NCBI GenBank assembly: GCA_965261395.1
Contig: OZ253462.1
Coordinates: 4,032,001-4,096,000, forward strand
DNA from: Candidatus Latescibacterota bacterium
Lineage (GTDB): Bacteria; Latescibacterota; UBA2968; UBA8231
Reading direction: 5' to 3'
DNA length: 64,000 nucleotides
Shown here: positions 1-8,699 of the stretch, piece after piece
Layout of the letters: the number at the start of each line of letters is the position of its first letter
How positions within the stretch are numbered: the first letter of the stretch is position 1
Notes under the pieces: generated by a model
Told to the model about the DNA's origin: nothing
Databases searched by the model: none
What the model saw: only the letters and a program-made list of their open reading frames with translations
Program-made: the position numbers and the translations under genes

Positions 1-702
1 GAAGATGTCGAGGTCCATGCCCACCTTGTCGCGGATCTCGCGCAAAGGCTGCACGCCTTCCTCAATTGCGCGGTGCGGAATGCGCGCTGGGCCGTACTGG
101 ATGGCCGCTTGGTCAAAGGGCCAGACCTTTAACCCGCTATAGCCTAGCTCAACTAGCTCCTCGGCTAGCGCCACTGGCTCGTGGAACAGCTTCCACGAAT
201 CGCCCAGCGGCCCCGGCTCGCCGATGGCACCAAAGCCCGGCCAGCCTTTGCGCCCGGTGGTACTCGGCCCGTACTGGGGGTTGCCGCAGCTATTGTACAC
301 CAGAATTTTGTCGCGCACCGGCCCGCCGAGCAGGCGGTAGATCGGCTGGTTGCAGACCTGACCGAGAATGTCCCACAGCGCCACGTCCAGCGCCGACAAA
401 GCGCGGAGCTCCGTGCCGCGGACGCCGAAATTCGCGGCTCGCTCGTAGAGGAAGCGCCAGTGCGACTCGATTGCTAGCGCGTCTTCGCCGAGCAGTCGGC
501 GCGCCATCCAGTCGTGCAGCATGGCCTGCACGGCCTCGGCGCAGTAGTACGTTTCGCCGTGGCCGATGAGTCCGGCGTCGGTGTGGATGCGCACCAGCAG
601 CAAGTCGGGGAACAGGTCGAGCGGCTGCACGGATTCGATGGCAGTTACGGTGACTTTGCCCTCGTCAATGGGCGACGGGGGCAGGTGGGGTTTCGCTGTC
701 AT
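1..702 (-). CDS. Mandelate racemase/muconate lactonizing (enolase superfamily) enzyme, 3' end outside window
   Basis: Not in the ORF track because it has no stop in the window. Manual translation from ATG at 702 gives MTAKPHLPP...LLLVRIHTDAGLIGHGETY...ALSALDVALWDILGQVCNQPIYRLLGGPVRDKI...GLKVWPF...IRDKVGMDLDIF, the typical MR/MLE N-terminal domain. It abuts the stop of the upstream gene. Confidence 0.9.
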   Translation of the reverse strand, partial: MTAKPHLPPSPIDEGKVTVTAIESVQPLDLFPDLLLVRIHTDAGLIGHGETYYCAEAVQAMLHDWMARRLLGEDALAIESHWRFLYERAANFGVRGTELRALSALDVALWDILGQVCNQPIYRLLGGPVRDKILVYNSCGNPQYGPSTTGRKGWPGFGAIGEPGPLGDSWKLFHEPVALAEELVELGYSGLKVWPFDQAAIQYGPARIPHRAIEEGVQPLREIRDKVGMDLDIF

Positions 703-1665
703 TTAATATCCCTTCTCTAAATCGCATACGTTCAATAGCGCTGCGCCTGCCAGATAGCGGCGTAGATTTTCCACGAAGATCGCCTTGCGGCGCTCGATCA
801 ATTGCACGGACTCGGCCGAGGTGTGCGGCGAGATTAGCATGTTGGGCGCGTCCCACAGCGGGCTGTCGGGCGGCAGCGGCTCGATTTCCGTCGCGTCGAG
901 CGCGGCTCCGCCGATCCGGCCCGCGTGCAGGCCCTCGGCCAGTGCTTCCTCATCGACGATTCCTCCGCGCGAGACGACCACCACAAACGCTCCTTCTTTG
1001 AGCAAGGCGAGCCGTTGTCGATTGATCATCCCGGTCGTCTCCTTGGTTCGCGGGGCCGTTACCACTAGCCAGTCGATCATCCCGAGCATCTCGTCCAATC
1101 GCTCGACCGGCCACACCGCGCACACCCCCGGCGGCGGTTCCATCGGTAAGATATCCACCGCGTACACTTCGATTTCAAACGCCGCCGCCCGCGTGGCCAC
1201 GGCCCGCCCAATATCTCCCATCGCCAGCACCCCCATCTTGGTTCCGGCCAACTCGATGATGCGCCGCACATAGCGCTTGGTATTCCACTGGTGGTTGCGC
1301 TGGTCTTCGAGCAGTTCGGGGATCCGGTGGGCGTGTGCGAGTATCGCGGCGAAGACGTGGTCGGCCATGGGCACGACATGCGTCTGGCGCGCGTTGGTCA
1401 TCGCCACGGCACCCGTGCGAAATTCCGGTATATCGCGCACGATCGGGTCGAAGCCGATGCCGACAAAGTGAAACCACTTGAGTTCTTTTGCCGCCAAAAA
1501 TACGGGCCGCTTCATCAACCCAAACACAATCTCCGCATCTGCTACCTCCTGTACCTGCTCTGCTTCGCCATACCCATACGCCGGGCAGAAGTCCAACTCG
1601 GGGAACGCCGTCCGCAATTCTTCGACGAAGGATTCCCCCATATCATATGTCAGTACGACCTTCAC
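703..1665 (-). CDS. D-2-hydroxyacid dehydrogenase family protein
   Basis: AMGDIG Rossmann motif, VSRGGIVDE, GAALDATEIEPLP and ISPH motifs. Confidence 0.9.
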   Translation of the reverse strand: MKVVLTYDMGESFVEELRTAFPELDFCPAYGYGEAEQVQEVADAEIVFGLMKRPVFLAAKELKWFHFVGIGFDPIVRDIPEFRTGAVAMTNARQTHVVPMADHVFAAILAHAHRIPELLEDQRNHQWNTKRYVRRIIELAGTKMGVLAMGDIGRAVATRAAAFEIEVYAVDILPMEPPPGVCAVWPVERLDEMLGMIDWLVVTAPRTKETTGMINRQRLALLKEGAFVVVVSRGGIVDEEALAEGLHAGRIGGAALDATEIEPLPPDSPLWDAPNMLISPHTSAESVQLIERRKAIFVENLRRYLAGAALLNVCDLEKGY

Positions 1666-1820
1666 ACTGCTATCCTTTCTCAGAGTCGGATTTCAATTTC
1701 TCGCAGATTTTTCTATAATGTCGGTTAAGTTAGCGAAAAAAGAGATTGTGGAGAAAAGCGGGCGGTTCAGAGATTTTCACAAGGATGATTCGACCACGCG
1801 GAGATACAGGAGTTTAGAAG

Positions 1821-3971
1821 ATGAAGCAGCAATGGCGGGAACGACTGGGGACGGTGACGCTGGAACCCTGCGCGCCGGTGGTGGCCGGCAGCTATCAGCA
1901 ATGGACTTTGACCCTGACGGTGGGCAGCTACGGCATTGACGAGCGCGGCACCATTAAGATCGCCCAGCGCTTTGCCTGCGATATGCAGCCAGCCCAATTC
2001 AGCGATCCAGCCGCGCCGGCTTATTGCACGGTGCAGACTAACGGGGCGGCCAAGCTGGTGCCGCGCTTTGCTCCCAAAGGGCACGAGCGGCCGTGGATGC
2101 GCTGGTGCGTGGTGATTGATGTGTACGACGGCTCCCTCGCGCCCGGCGATACGGTGACCGTGGTCTTGGGCGAGCGCAGCGGCGGCTCGCCGGGGATTCG
2201 GGTGCAGACCTTTGTTGAGTCAGCCCACGAATTCCGCGTTTTCGTCGATCCGACCAATGCTGCGGTGGCTCGGGCCGTGGCGGATTCGCCCAAGTTTTCC
2301 ATTGTTGCGGGCGAGGCTGTGGAATTGGTGTGCATAGCGCCGAGCCAGGCAGTGGTAGGGGAGGCGGTGGAGGTTTTTGTCAAAGGGCAGGATATGTGGG
2401 GCAATCCGACAGAAGTGACAGGTCCGGTTGAACTGGATTGGGAAGGGGAAGGGGAGATCGTGGTCGAGGGGTGCAGGGTGTCCTTTTGCGCTTCGGGCAG
2501 TGGATGGCTGATTGCGGTGGCGGACGGCTTGCGCTGTTACAGTAATCCAGTCGCCGTTTCTGCGACAGCGATTCAGTGGCACCGCTACTGGGGGGATTTG
2601 CACGCCCAGTCCGACGCTACCGTCGGCGTGGGCACGGAGGAGGAGTACTTCGCCTTTGCCCGCGACTGGGCGAGGGTGGATTTTGCCTCGCATCAGGGCA
2701 ATGATTTCCAGGTTGACGACCAGGACTGGCAGCGGCTCAACGAGACGGTGCGGGCTTTTCACCGGGACGGCGAGTTTGTCGTCTTTCCTGGCTACGAGTG
2801 GTCGGCCAATTCTCCGGCCGGCGGGGACCGCAACGTCTTTTACTTTGCCGAAGGGCTGCCCATTGTGCGCAATAGCCACTGGCAGATCCCGCACGTGCCC
2901 GAGGACGAGGTGTCGCCCGCGCATCCGGCCGATGTGTTCTTCGCCCGGCTCGCTCGCTTGGTGCCACGCGATCAAGTGATTATCGGCTCGCACGTGGGCG
3001 GGCGCTGGGCCGACGTCAAGGCGTATTTCGATCCCGAGGCGCACAATCTGGTGGAGGTCGTCTCGGGCTGGGGCGTGTTCGAGTGGATGCTGTTCGACGC
3101 GCTGGACTGCGGCCACGTGGTCGGGGTCATGTGCAACAGCGACGGCCACAAAGGGCGGCCTGGGGCTGAGGGGCCGGGCGCTGGCGAGTTTGGTATTGCC
3201 GGCGGTTTGACCTGCGTGTTGGCTGGCGAGTTGTCGCGCGCGGGCGTGTGGGAGGCTTTATGTAGTCGGCGCTGTTATGGTACGACCGGCGCGCGCATAC
3301 TTCTAGATGTACAGATAGCGGGTGCGCTCATGGGGGCGGTGGTGAAAGATGTGAACTCGGTGGATATTCGCGCCCGGGTTGTGGGGGCGGTACCGCTGGA
3401 GGCGCTGCAAGTGTATCGCGGTCGGACATTACTCGCTGAGGTCCAGCCGCCTGAATTCCGGGATTTGGGGCATTCCAACAGGTTGCGCCTGACGTGGTCT
3501 GGCTCGCGGATGCGCGGGCGCGGGCGGCGGGTGGATTGGTCTGGGGTTATCCGCACCACCGAGGCGACCATCGTGGAGGCGACCACGGTCAGCTTTGACT
3601 CTGCGGCCGACGGCATCACCGCGACCGAGCCGCAGGCCGTGGCTTTTCAATCGCAGACAACAGGAGATTGCGACGGCATTGAGTTGGTGCTGGACGATGG
3701 GCGGGTTGGCCGCTTGGTGTTCGACTCTGCGGCGGGGACGACGGAGATTGATCTGGCGGGGCTGAGCCACGAGCCGTTGCGCTTCGATTACGGCGGCTTG
3801 GATATGCAGTTGGTGGTGCAGCGCTATCCCGAGCGGGTGGAAGCGCTGGAATTGACGTTGGAGACTGTGGATCAGCCGTCGGGGGAGGGGCAGGTGGCTT
3901 ATTTCGTCAAGGCCATTCAGTGCGACGGGGAGATGGCTTGGTCGAGTCCGGTGTATGTATCCCTGAAATAA
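1821..3971 (+). CDS. DUF3604-like PHP-fold metal-dependent hydrolase
   Basis: YWGDLHAQS, FPGYEWS, GDRNV, SDGHKGRPG, RRCYGTTG and C-terminal AWSSPV motifs. Confidence 0.8.
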   Translation: MKQQWRERLGTVTLEPCAPVVAGSYQQWTLTLTVGSYGIDERGTIKIAQRFACDMQPAQFSDPAAPAYCTVQTNGAAKLVPRFAPKGHERPWMRWCVVIDVYDGSLAPGDTVTVVLGERSGGSPGIRVQTFVESAHEFRVFVDPTNAAVARAVADSPKFSIVAGEAVELVCIAPSQAVVGEAVEVFVKGQDMWGNPTEVTGPVELDWEGEGEIVVEGCRVSFCASGSGWLIAVADGLRCYSNPVAVSATAIQWHRYWGDLHAQSDATVGVGTEEEYFAFARDWARVDFASHQGNDFQVDDQDWQRLNETVRAFHRDGEFVVFPGYEWSANSPAGGDRNVFYFAEGLPIVRNSHWQIPHVPEDEVSPAHPADVFFARLARLVPRDQVIIGSHVGGRWADVKAYFDPEAHNLVEVVSGWGVFEWMLFDALDCGHVVGVMCNSDGHKGRPGAEGPGAGEFGIAGGLTCVLAGELSRAGVWEALCSRRCYGTTGARILLDVQIAGALMGAVVKDVNSVDIRARVVGAVPLEALQVYRGRTLLAEVQPPEFRDLGHSNRLRLTWSGSRMRGRGRRVDWSGVIRTTEATIVEATTVSFDSAADGITATEPQAVAFQSQTTGDCDGIELVLDDGRVGRLVFDSAAGTTEIDLAGLSHEPLRFDYGGLDMQLVVQRYPERVEALELTLETVDQPSGEGQVAYFVKAIQCDGEMAWSSPVYVSLK

Positions 3972-4067
3972 TGCCAATAAGAGAATTCGTTGGTCTCGCC
4001 GCAGATCGGTTTGAGTTGGCATCTATCGTTCTCCGTCTTGCTTTCACCGAGCCTTAGCCCAGCGGGG

Positions 4068-4625
4068 TCAACGTGCTCGCTCCCGGGCAATCTGCCTGCC
4101 TGCGCCCGTCACGTTTTGACGGTACCGAACGAGATCTACGCTTGCCAAAAAATGGTTGGCAATCTGTTCCTTGGGCATTCCACGGCGTAATGCCCAAAGC
4201 AGACCCTCTCGCGTTATCTGAAGGCAGCCCCCCATGTAGCGCGCCTCTTCTTCCTGCTCGTTGTCATAGCTTCTGAGAGACCCGTTTATCCCTGAGTTGG
4301 CAGCCGGATGTTTGCAGATGATGTGGGCGATCTCATGCATAATATCGCTTTCCTGTCGCGGCCTTGAATGAGTCGAATTGTGGACAATGAATACTCGATC
4401 CTGTTCAGGGATCACCACAGCTCCAGCCGACCACTTTGAGTCGCGATTCGACAACCATCCGGAATGCAATGGATCTAGACCTGGTATTTCATCAGGAGTC
4501 ATTACGTGAATACCAAGGTGCTCAGCAAGGGATTTGGCTGGAAGCGGCTGACTGTCACAGATAGCGAGCGCTTGACGGTAGTCCCGAGCCTGCTGTTCCG
4601 CTTGTGTCTTGAATCCTCGCTTCAT
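4068..4625 (-). CDS. capP: ImmA/IrrE-family Zn metallopeptidase (CapP-like)
   Basis: HEIAH (HExxH) motif preceded by RQES and followed by EEEA; co-oriented 8 bp downstream of an XRE regulator. Confidence 0.85.
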   Translation of the reverse strand: MKRGFKTQAEQQARDYRQALAICDSQPLPAKSLAEHLGIHVMTPDEIPGLDPLHSGWLSNRDSKWSAGAVVIPEQDRVFIVHNSTHSRPRQESDIMHEIAHIICKHPAANSGINGSLRSYDNEQEEEARYMGGCLQITREGLLWALRRGMPKEQIANHFLASVDLVRYRQNVTGAGRQIARERAR

Positions 4626-4633
4626 GGAATGCC

Positions 4634-4996
4634 CTATATCTCACCCCGTTTGCCCGCGTCATAGAGCGCTCGGAACGCCGCCGACAGCGCTTGGACGGTC
4701 TTGGGCGGAAGTTCACGATCTGCGCGCAGATGCGCCTCAACTACGTCGGGCGTGCTGACGGCCCTCGCTGAAGGGGTTACATCGGCGATTCCTTCCGTAA
4801 ACTCATCAGGTGAAAACCCAAGCCATTGACAAAGGCGAAGAAACGAAGCCAGATCCGGGAGCCTACCCGCCTCAACTCGCGACAATGTGGAAGCGCTAAT
4901 GCCCCCGATTTCTTTTGCTGTCTCCCGTAAGCCCTTATTTTCTCTCTTCTTACGGATTTCAACGGCCAACTTTCTCACGTCGATGGTCTCGGTCAT
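4634..4996 (-). CDS. capH: XRE-family HTH repressor (CapH-like)
   Basis: LRETAKEIGGISASTLSRVEAGRLPDL helix-turn-helix plus a C-terminal AHLRAD..L oligomerisation-like segment; divergent from the Ubl operon. Confidence 0.8.
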   Translation of the reverse strand: MTETIDVRKLAVEIRKKRENKGLRETAKEIGGISASTLSRVEAGRLPDLASFLRLCQWLGFSPDEFTEGIADVTPSARAVSTPDVVEAHLRADRELPPKTVQALSAAFRALYDAGKRGEI

Positions 4997-5064
4997 CGCT
5001 AGCCTCCTCCTGTTTCTTTGTCTTCAAGATAATCAAATAGTCTCATCCGCGAAACAAAAACCAC

Positions 5065-5125
5065 TTGTGCAACGATATTGAAGTTGCTATATTCCCTCTT
5101 GCGACGCGTTGCATGTGTGCAACGA
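5065..5125 (+). promoter_or_regulatory. Sigma70-type promoter and candidate CapH operator sites
   Basis: TTGTGC (5065-70), 17 bp spacer, TGc-TATATT (extended -10, 5088-93). Palindrome CGTTGCA-N4-TGCAACG at 5107-5124. TGTGCAACGA occurs at both 5066 and 5116. Confidence 0.65.
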
Positions 5126-5154
5126 CACCTACTCCTTCGGAGGAATAAGAGATC

Positions 5155-5343
5155 ATGCCCAAGGTATTCAAGCCAGGACAGGACGCACCGGCATCAGGTC
5201 AATACGAGGAAATCGGACCTCGTGATGGAAAAACAGGCCATGAGGTGACATCCAACAAGGGACAGCCATTGCCACCGACTCGGGGACCGGGGCGGAGCTA
5301 CATCCTTGTAGACCGGAGTCGAAACAAGTCTGGGAGGGGATGA
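5155..5343 (+). CDS. YjzC-family small protein
   Basis: KPGQDAPASGQYEEIGPRDG...GQPLPPT signature; GGAGG RBS upstream. Confidence 0.8.
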   Translation: MPKVFKPGQDAPASGQYEEIGPRDGKTGHEVTSNKGQPLPPTRGPGRSYILVDRSRNKSGRG

Positions 5344-5393
5344 TTCCAGCGCATTCTTAAGGGGAGCCTATTCATATTCATAAGGAGAGACAA

Positions 5394-5927
5394 ATGGATA
5401 CTGCTATCGACAAACAAAATTTCGCGGACGAAATCGTGGATATTGAGATTTTCACGGCTGAGGGCAGGAAAGTTCCCGACTACTGTAAAGGCTACCTGAT
5501 CCGCATAAATGAGCAGAAGTATATCGTGGAGAAACCTACGGTGACTCGTGAGGAGGTAGTACGAATTGCCAAGTTTGATCCATCTGAGGATGCCTGTGTC
5601 CGCGTCTACATACATGGATCGAGGCCCCGAGTGCTCCAGCCGGGCGAAGAGGTTGACCTGACCTTACCGGGCATTGAGCACTTCCAAGTAGACAAGGAGT
5701 GCATCGTCAAGGTGAAGGTGAACACCACGACCTTTGAACTCGCAGTCCCGACGACCGGTAAGAAGGTAAAGCAGGCCGCTATTGAAGCTGGCGCGAAAAT
5801 TGAGCTTGACTTCGTTCTCTACTTGGAGCTCAAGGACGGGCCGCCGGAGCAGATTGATGACGACGAGGTAGTGTTCTTAGATGAGGGTGCCTGTTTCAAC
5901 GCTGTGTCGGGCGACGACAATTCCTAG
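5394..5927 (+). CDS. Multi-ubiquitin-domain protein (two beta-grasp domains; BubA-like Ubl)
   Basis: Two repeats of the pattern [IV]x[IV]N...T[RG]xx[VI]...E.V.L..G..F; C-terminus SGDDNS; directly upstream of E2 and E1 genes; AGGAG RBS. Confidence 0.8.
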   Translation: MDTAIDKQNFADEIVDIEIFTAEGRKVPDYCKGYLIRINEQKYIVEKPTVTREEVVRIAKFDPSEDACVRVYIHGSRPRVLQPGEEVDLTLPGIEHFQVDKECIVKVKVNTTTFELAVPTTGKKVKQAAIEAGAKIELDFVLYLELKDGPPEQIDDDEVVFLDEGACFNAVSGDDNS

Positions 5928-5930
5928 ACG

Positions 5931-6338
5931 ATGGCACTCAAACCCGCAGTTGAAGAGGCCATCAAGGACCTACAAAAAGCCTTCCCGGAGTCTGTTGTTA
6001 GTCCTACTGAAGATGGTCAAGGCGGAGCCCACATAGTGATCGAACCAGTACCGCTCGATACCCAAGTCTTCGTCCACAGCGAGACTTGGGGCGGATTCGA
6101 CCTGAGCTTCAACCTCCCGTATGCCGATGTCTATCCGATTTACGTCCGGTCGGACCTCGCCCGGCGCGATGGTCGGGAACTCAGGGATACAAGCGAAGGC
6201 TTGCACCCCGACCAGAGTTTCCAAGGCCGCTCCGCCTTGATGCTTTCCCGTCGCTCGAACAACCGCGATCCTGAGCACGACAAGCCCCACTTGAAGGTGC
6301 TCAGGGTTCTCGAATGGCTAAGGAGGTGGCCGGGGTGA
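5931..6338 (+). CDS. Prokaryotic E2-like protein (BubB-like), no cysteine
   Basis: UBC-like pattern F.L...LPYADVYP.YV followed by LSRRS; sits between the Ubl and E1 genes; the 135-aa product has no Cys. Confidence 0.7.
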   Translation: MALKPAVEEAIKDLQKAFPESVVSPTEDGQGGAHIVIEPVPLDTQVFVHSETWGGFDLSFNLPYADVYPIYVRSDLARRDGRELRDTSEGLHPDQSFQGRSALMLSRRSNNRDPEHDKPHLKVLRVLEWLRRWPG

Positions 6339-7765
6339 CCGATTTCGACCTGATTCTGCCGGCAAAACTCAAGAGCGACCTCTTTGCTCATCTCTTTCCC
6401 GGAGATGGCGACGAACATGGGGCCATAATCTCTGCCGGTGTCGTACATACTGATAGGGGCCTTCGACTTCTAGCTCGGGATCTGTTCTTGGCCGAAGACG
6501 GGGTCGATTACATTCCCGGAGAGCGTGGCTATCGAATGCTCACACCACGCTTTGTGATGGAAAAATCCCTCAATTGTCGGGACCAGAAGCTAGCATACTT
6601 GGCTATACATAATCATGGCGAAGGGGAGTCCGTCAGTTTTAGCGATGTGGACCTTGCTTCGCACGAACGTGGGTACCCCGCTCTGGTGGACATCTTGCAG
6701 GGACAGCCCGTTGGAGCCCTCGTTTTCGCTAGATATGCGGTCGCTGGAGATCTCTGGCTTCCAAGTGGTGGGCGTACCACGCTGCGAGAGGGTAGAGTTG
6801 TAGGAGGCTCCATCGAGTGCTTATATCCAAACCCGCCGCCGGCTCCTCCAAGTGTAGATTTGACCTATGATCGGCAGGCACGGCTCTTCGGTGACCGAGG
6901 GCAATCGCTCCTCAATGACGCAAAGATAGGAATCATCGGTGCTGGAGGCGTGGGGGCTCTCCTAGTGCTCTATATGGCCCGTCTCGGGGTAGGCCACATG
7001 GTCGTTGTGGATCCAGACCGCATCGACATCACCAATCTTTCTAGAGTCCCTGGTGCTACGCGCTTCGATGCAAGGACTTGGCTCACCGCAGGGGGGCGGC
7101 CTGAGTGGCTCCAAAGCTTCGGGCGTCGAATCTCTGCCCGCAAGGTGGACATTATGCGGCGTGTTGCCCGCCGAGCCAACCGGGATATTTGGTTTGAGGG
7201 CATCTTCGGAGATGTCGTGGATGACGCCGTAGCGATGCGGTTTAGAGACTGCGATTTCCTATTTCTGGCTGCGGATACCCACCAAGCAAGGCTCGTCTTT
7301 AACGCGCTCGTTCACCAGTACCTCATTCCTGGTGTTCAGGTTGGCTCCAAAATCTCTGTCGATAGGGCCTCTGGCGAGATTAATGACGTGTTTTCGGTCG
7401 TGCGTCCAGTCATTCCAGATTCTGGATGCCTTTGGTGCGCGAAGCTCATAGATCCGGCCCGTTTGGCGGAGGAATCGCAGCCAAAAGAGGAACGAGAGCG
7501 TCAGAGTTACATTGAGGAAGTTCCTGCACCGAGCGTAGTGACGCTGAATGGTATCGGTGCGAGCCATGCTGCCAATGAGTTTCTTTTTTCTTGGACTGGA
7601 CTTAGGCTTCCGGTCTCTGAGGAACTGTACCTATACTACCAGCCACGGGAGCGAAAGGGAATGATGCCAAAACCTTTACGTAAGGATGCCTGCACAGAGT
7701 GTGGGATAGGAACGGAAAGCCGACGGGCACGTGGCGACAGCACAGATCTACCGACACGGTGGTAG
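6335..7765 (+). CDS. JAB/MPN peptidase - ThiF/E1 adenylyltransferase fusion (BubCD-like)
   Basis: N-terminal E...HNH-x8-SDVD JAMM motif; YDRQ, GAGGVG, DPDRIDITNLSR, AAD, and Zn pairs CLWC and CTEC. The GTG start overlaps the E2 stop (GTGA) and has an AGGAGG RBS. Confidence 0.9.
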   Translation: MTDFDLILPAKLKSDLFAHLFPGDGDEHGAIISAGVVHTDRGLRLLARDLFLAEDGVDYIPGERGYRMLTPRFVMEKSLNCRDQKLAYLAIHNHGEGESVSFSDVDLASHERGYPALVDILQGQPVGALVFARYAVAGDLWLPSGGRTTLREGRVVGGSIECLYPNPPPAPPSVDLTYDRQARLFGDRGQSLLNDAKIGIIGAGGVGALLVLYMARLGVGHMVVVDPDRIDITNLSRVPGATRFDARTWLTAGGRPEWLQSFGRRISARKVDIMRRVARRANRDIWFEGIFGDVVDDAVAMRFRDCDFLFLAADTHQARLVFNALVHQYLIPGVQVGSKISVDRASGEINDVFSVVRPVIPDSGCLWCAKLIDPARLAEESQPKEERERQSYIEEVPAPSVVTLNGIGASHAANEFLFSWTGLRLPVSEELYLYYQPRERKGMMPKPLRKDACTECGIGTESRRARGDSTDLPTRW

Positions 7766-7891
7766 GTGCTGAGAAATACGAGCCGATCAAGGATGAGATC
7801 AACTCAATTATAACTGACCTAGCCGTAGCTTGACTGACCAAAGTTCTTCGATTACATACAATAACAGTCGCGGTGAGAAAGGACGGCAACC

Positions 7892-8440
7892 ATGGTCATC
7901 CCCAATCCCATAGTCAAGTTTACCTACGAAGACTACCTGAATACGCCGGAAGATAAGCGCTACGAGCTCCTAGACGGAGAGTTGGTTATGACCCCTGCCC
8001 CCGGAGAACTTCATCAGAGCATTTCCATCCTGCTAGGATCGGAACTGTTTCAATTCGCATCTGAGAATAGCTTGGGGCGGGTCTATCAGGCTCCCTTCGA
8101 CGTGGTGCTATCGGATGTGGACGTGGTGCAGCCTGATCTACTGTTCGTCTCCAATGAGCGCGGCCACATCATCACTCCCGCGAACATTCAGGGCACGCCG
8201 GACTTGGTCGTCGAAATCCTATCCCCCTCCACAGCCGAACGCGATAAGACATTCAAGCGCACGCTATATGCCAAGCACGGCGTGAACGAATACTGGATGG
8301 TGGACACTACCGAAAAAGACATAACAGTCCTGCTACTCGGTGAGCGCGGATACGAGGTCGTGGATACCTACGTCGAAGGAGAGACATTGACTTCGCCGAC
8401 CTTGCAAGGCTTCAGGCTGCATATCGGCGACCTATTTTGA
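7892..8440 (+). CDS. Uma2 (DUF820) family PD-(D/E)XK endonuclease
   Basis: YELLDGEL, VQPDLLFV, PDLVVEILSPST..RD...K...YA..GV.EYW.VD. Confidence 0.92.
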   Translation: MVIPNPIVKFTYEDYLNTPEDKRYELLDGELVMTPAPGELHQSISILLGSELFQFASENSLGRVYQAPFDVVLSDVDVVQPDLLFVSNERGHIITPANIQGTPDLVVEILSPSTAERDKTFKRTLYAKHGVNEYWMVDTTEKDITVLLLGERGYEVVDTYVEGETLTSPTLQGFRLHIGDLF

Positions 8441-8462
8441 GCGCCTCAGGCTGGAGGTTACA

Positions 8463-8699
8463 ATGCCAAGGGTCAGCAGCATCCAAGGGCCATATCGGTT
8501 CTTCTTTTACAGCTTTGACTGTCATGAACCTCGGCATGTGCATGTCAGAAGAGAAAAAAGAACATGCAAATACTGGCTTGAACCCATTGCATTGTGCAAA
8601 AATTACGGATTCTCTCCCCATGAACTGAATGGAATTCGGCGGTTGATCCAATCGAACTACGTGATAATTTTGGAGGCTTGGCGTGAACACTGTGAATAA
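8463..8699 (+). CDS. DUF4160 family protein (putative toxin-antitoxin component)
   Basis: YRFFFYSFDCHEPRHVHV motif; overlaps the DUF2442 gene. Confidence 0.85.
   Translation: MPRVSSIQGPYRFFFYSFDCHEPRHVHVRREKRTCKYWLEPIALCKNYGFSPHELNGIRRLIQSNYVIILEAWREHCE

Noticed and set aside
66-720. Plus-strand ORFs 66-569, 181-477 and 514-720
   Set aside because: Antisense shadows of the minus-strand enolase-family gene at 1-702.
6335-7765. Housekeeping ThiF/MoeB acting as the E1 for CysO, or CBASS Cap2/Cap3
   Set aside because: It has a JAB fusion, dedicated E2/Ubl neighbours and no rhodanese domain; no CD-NTase is nearby, and the cysO cluster is 50 kb away.
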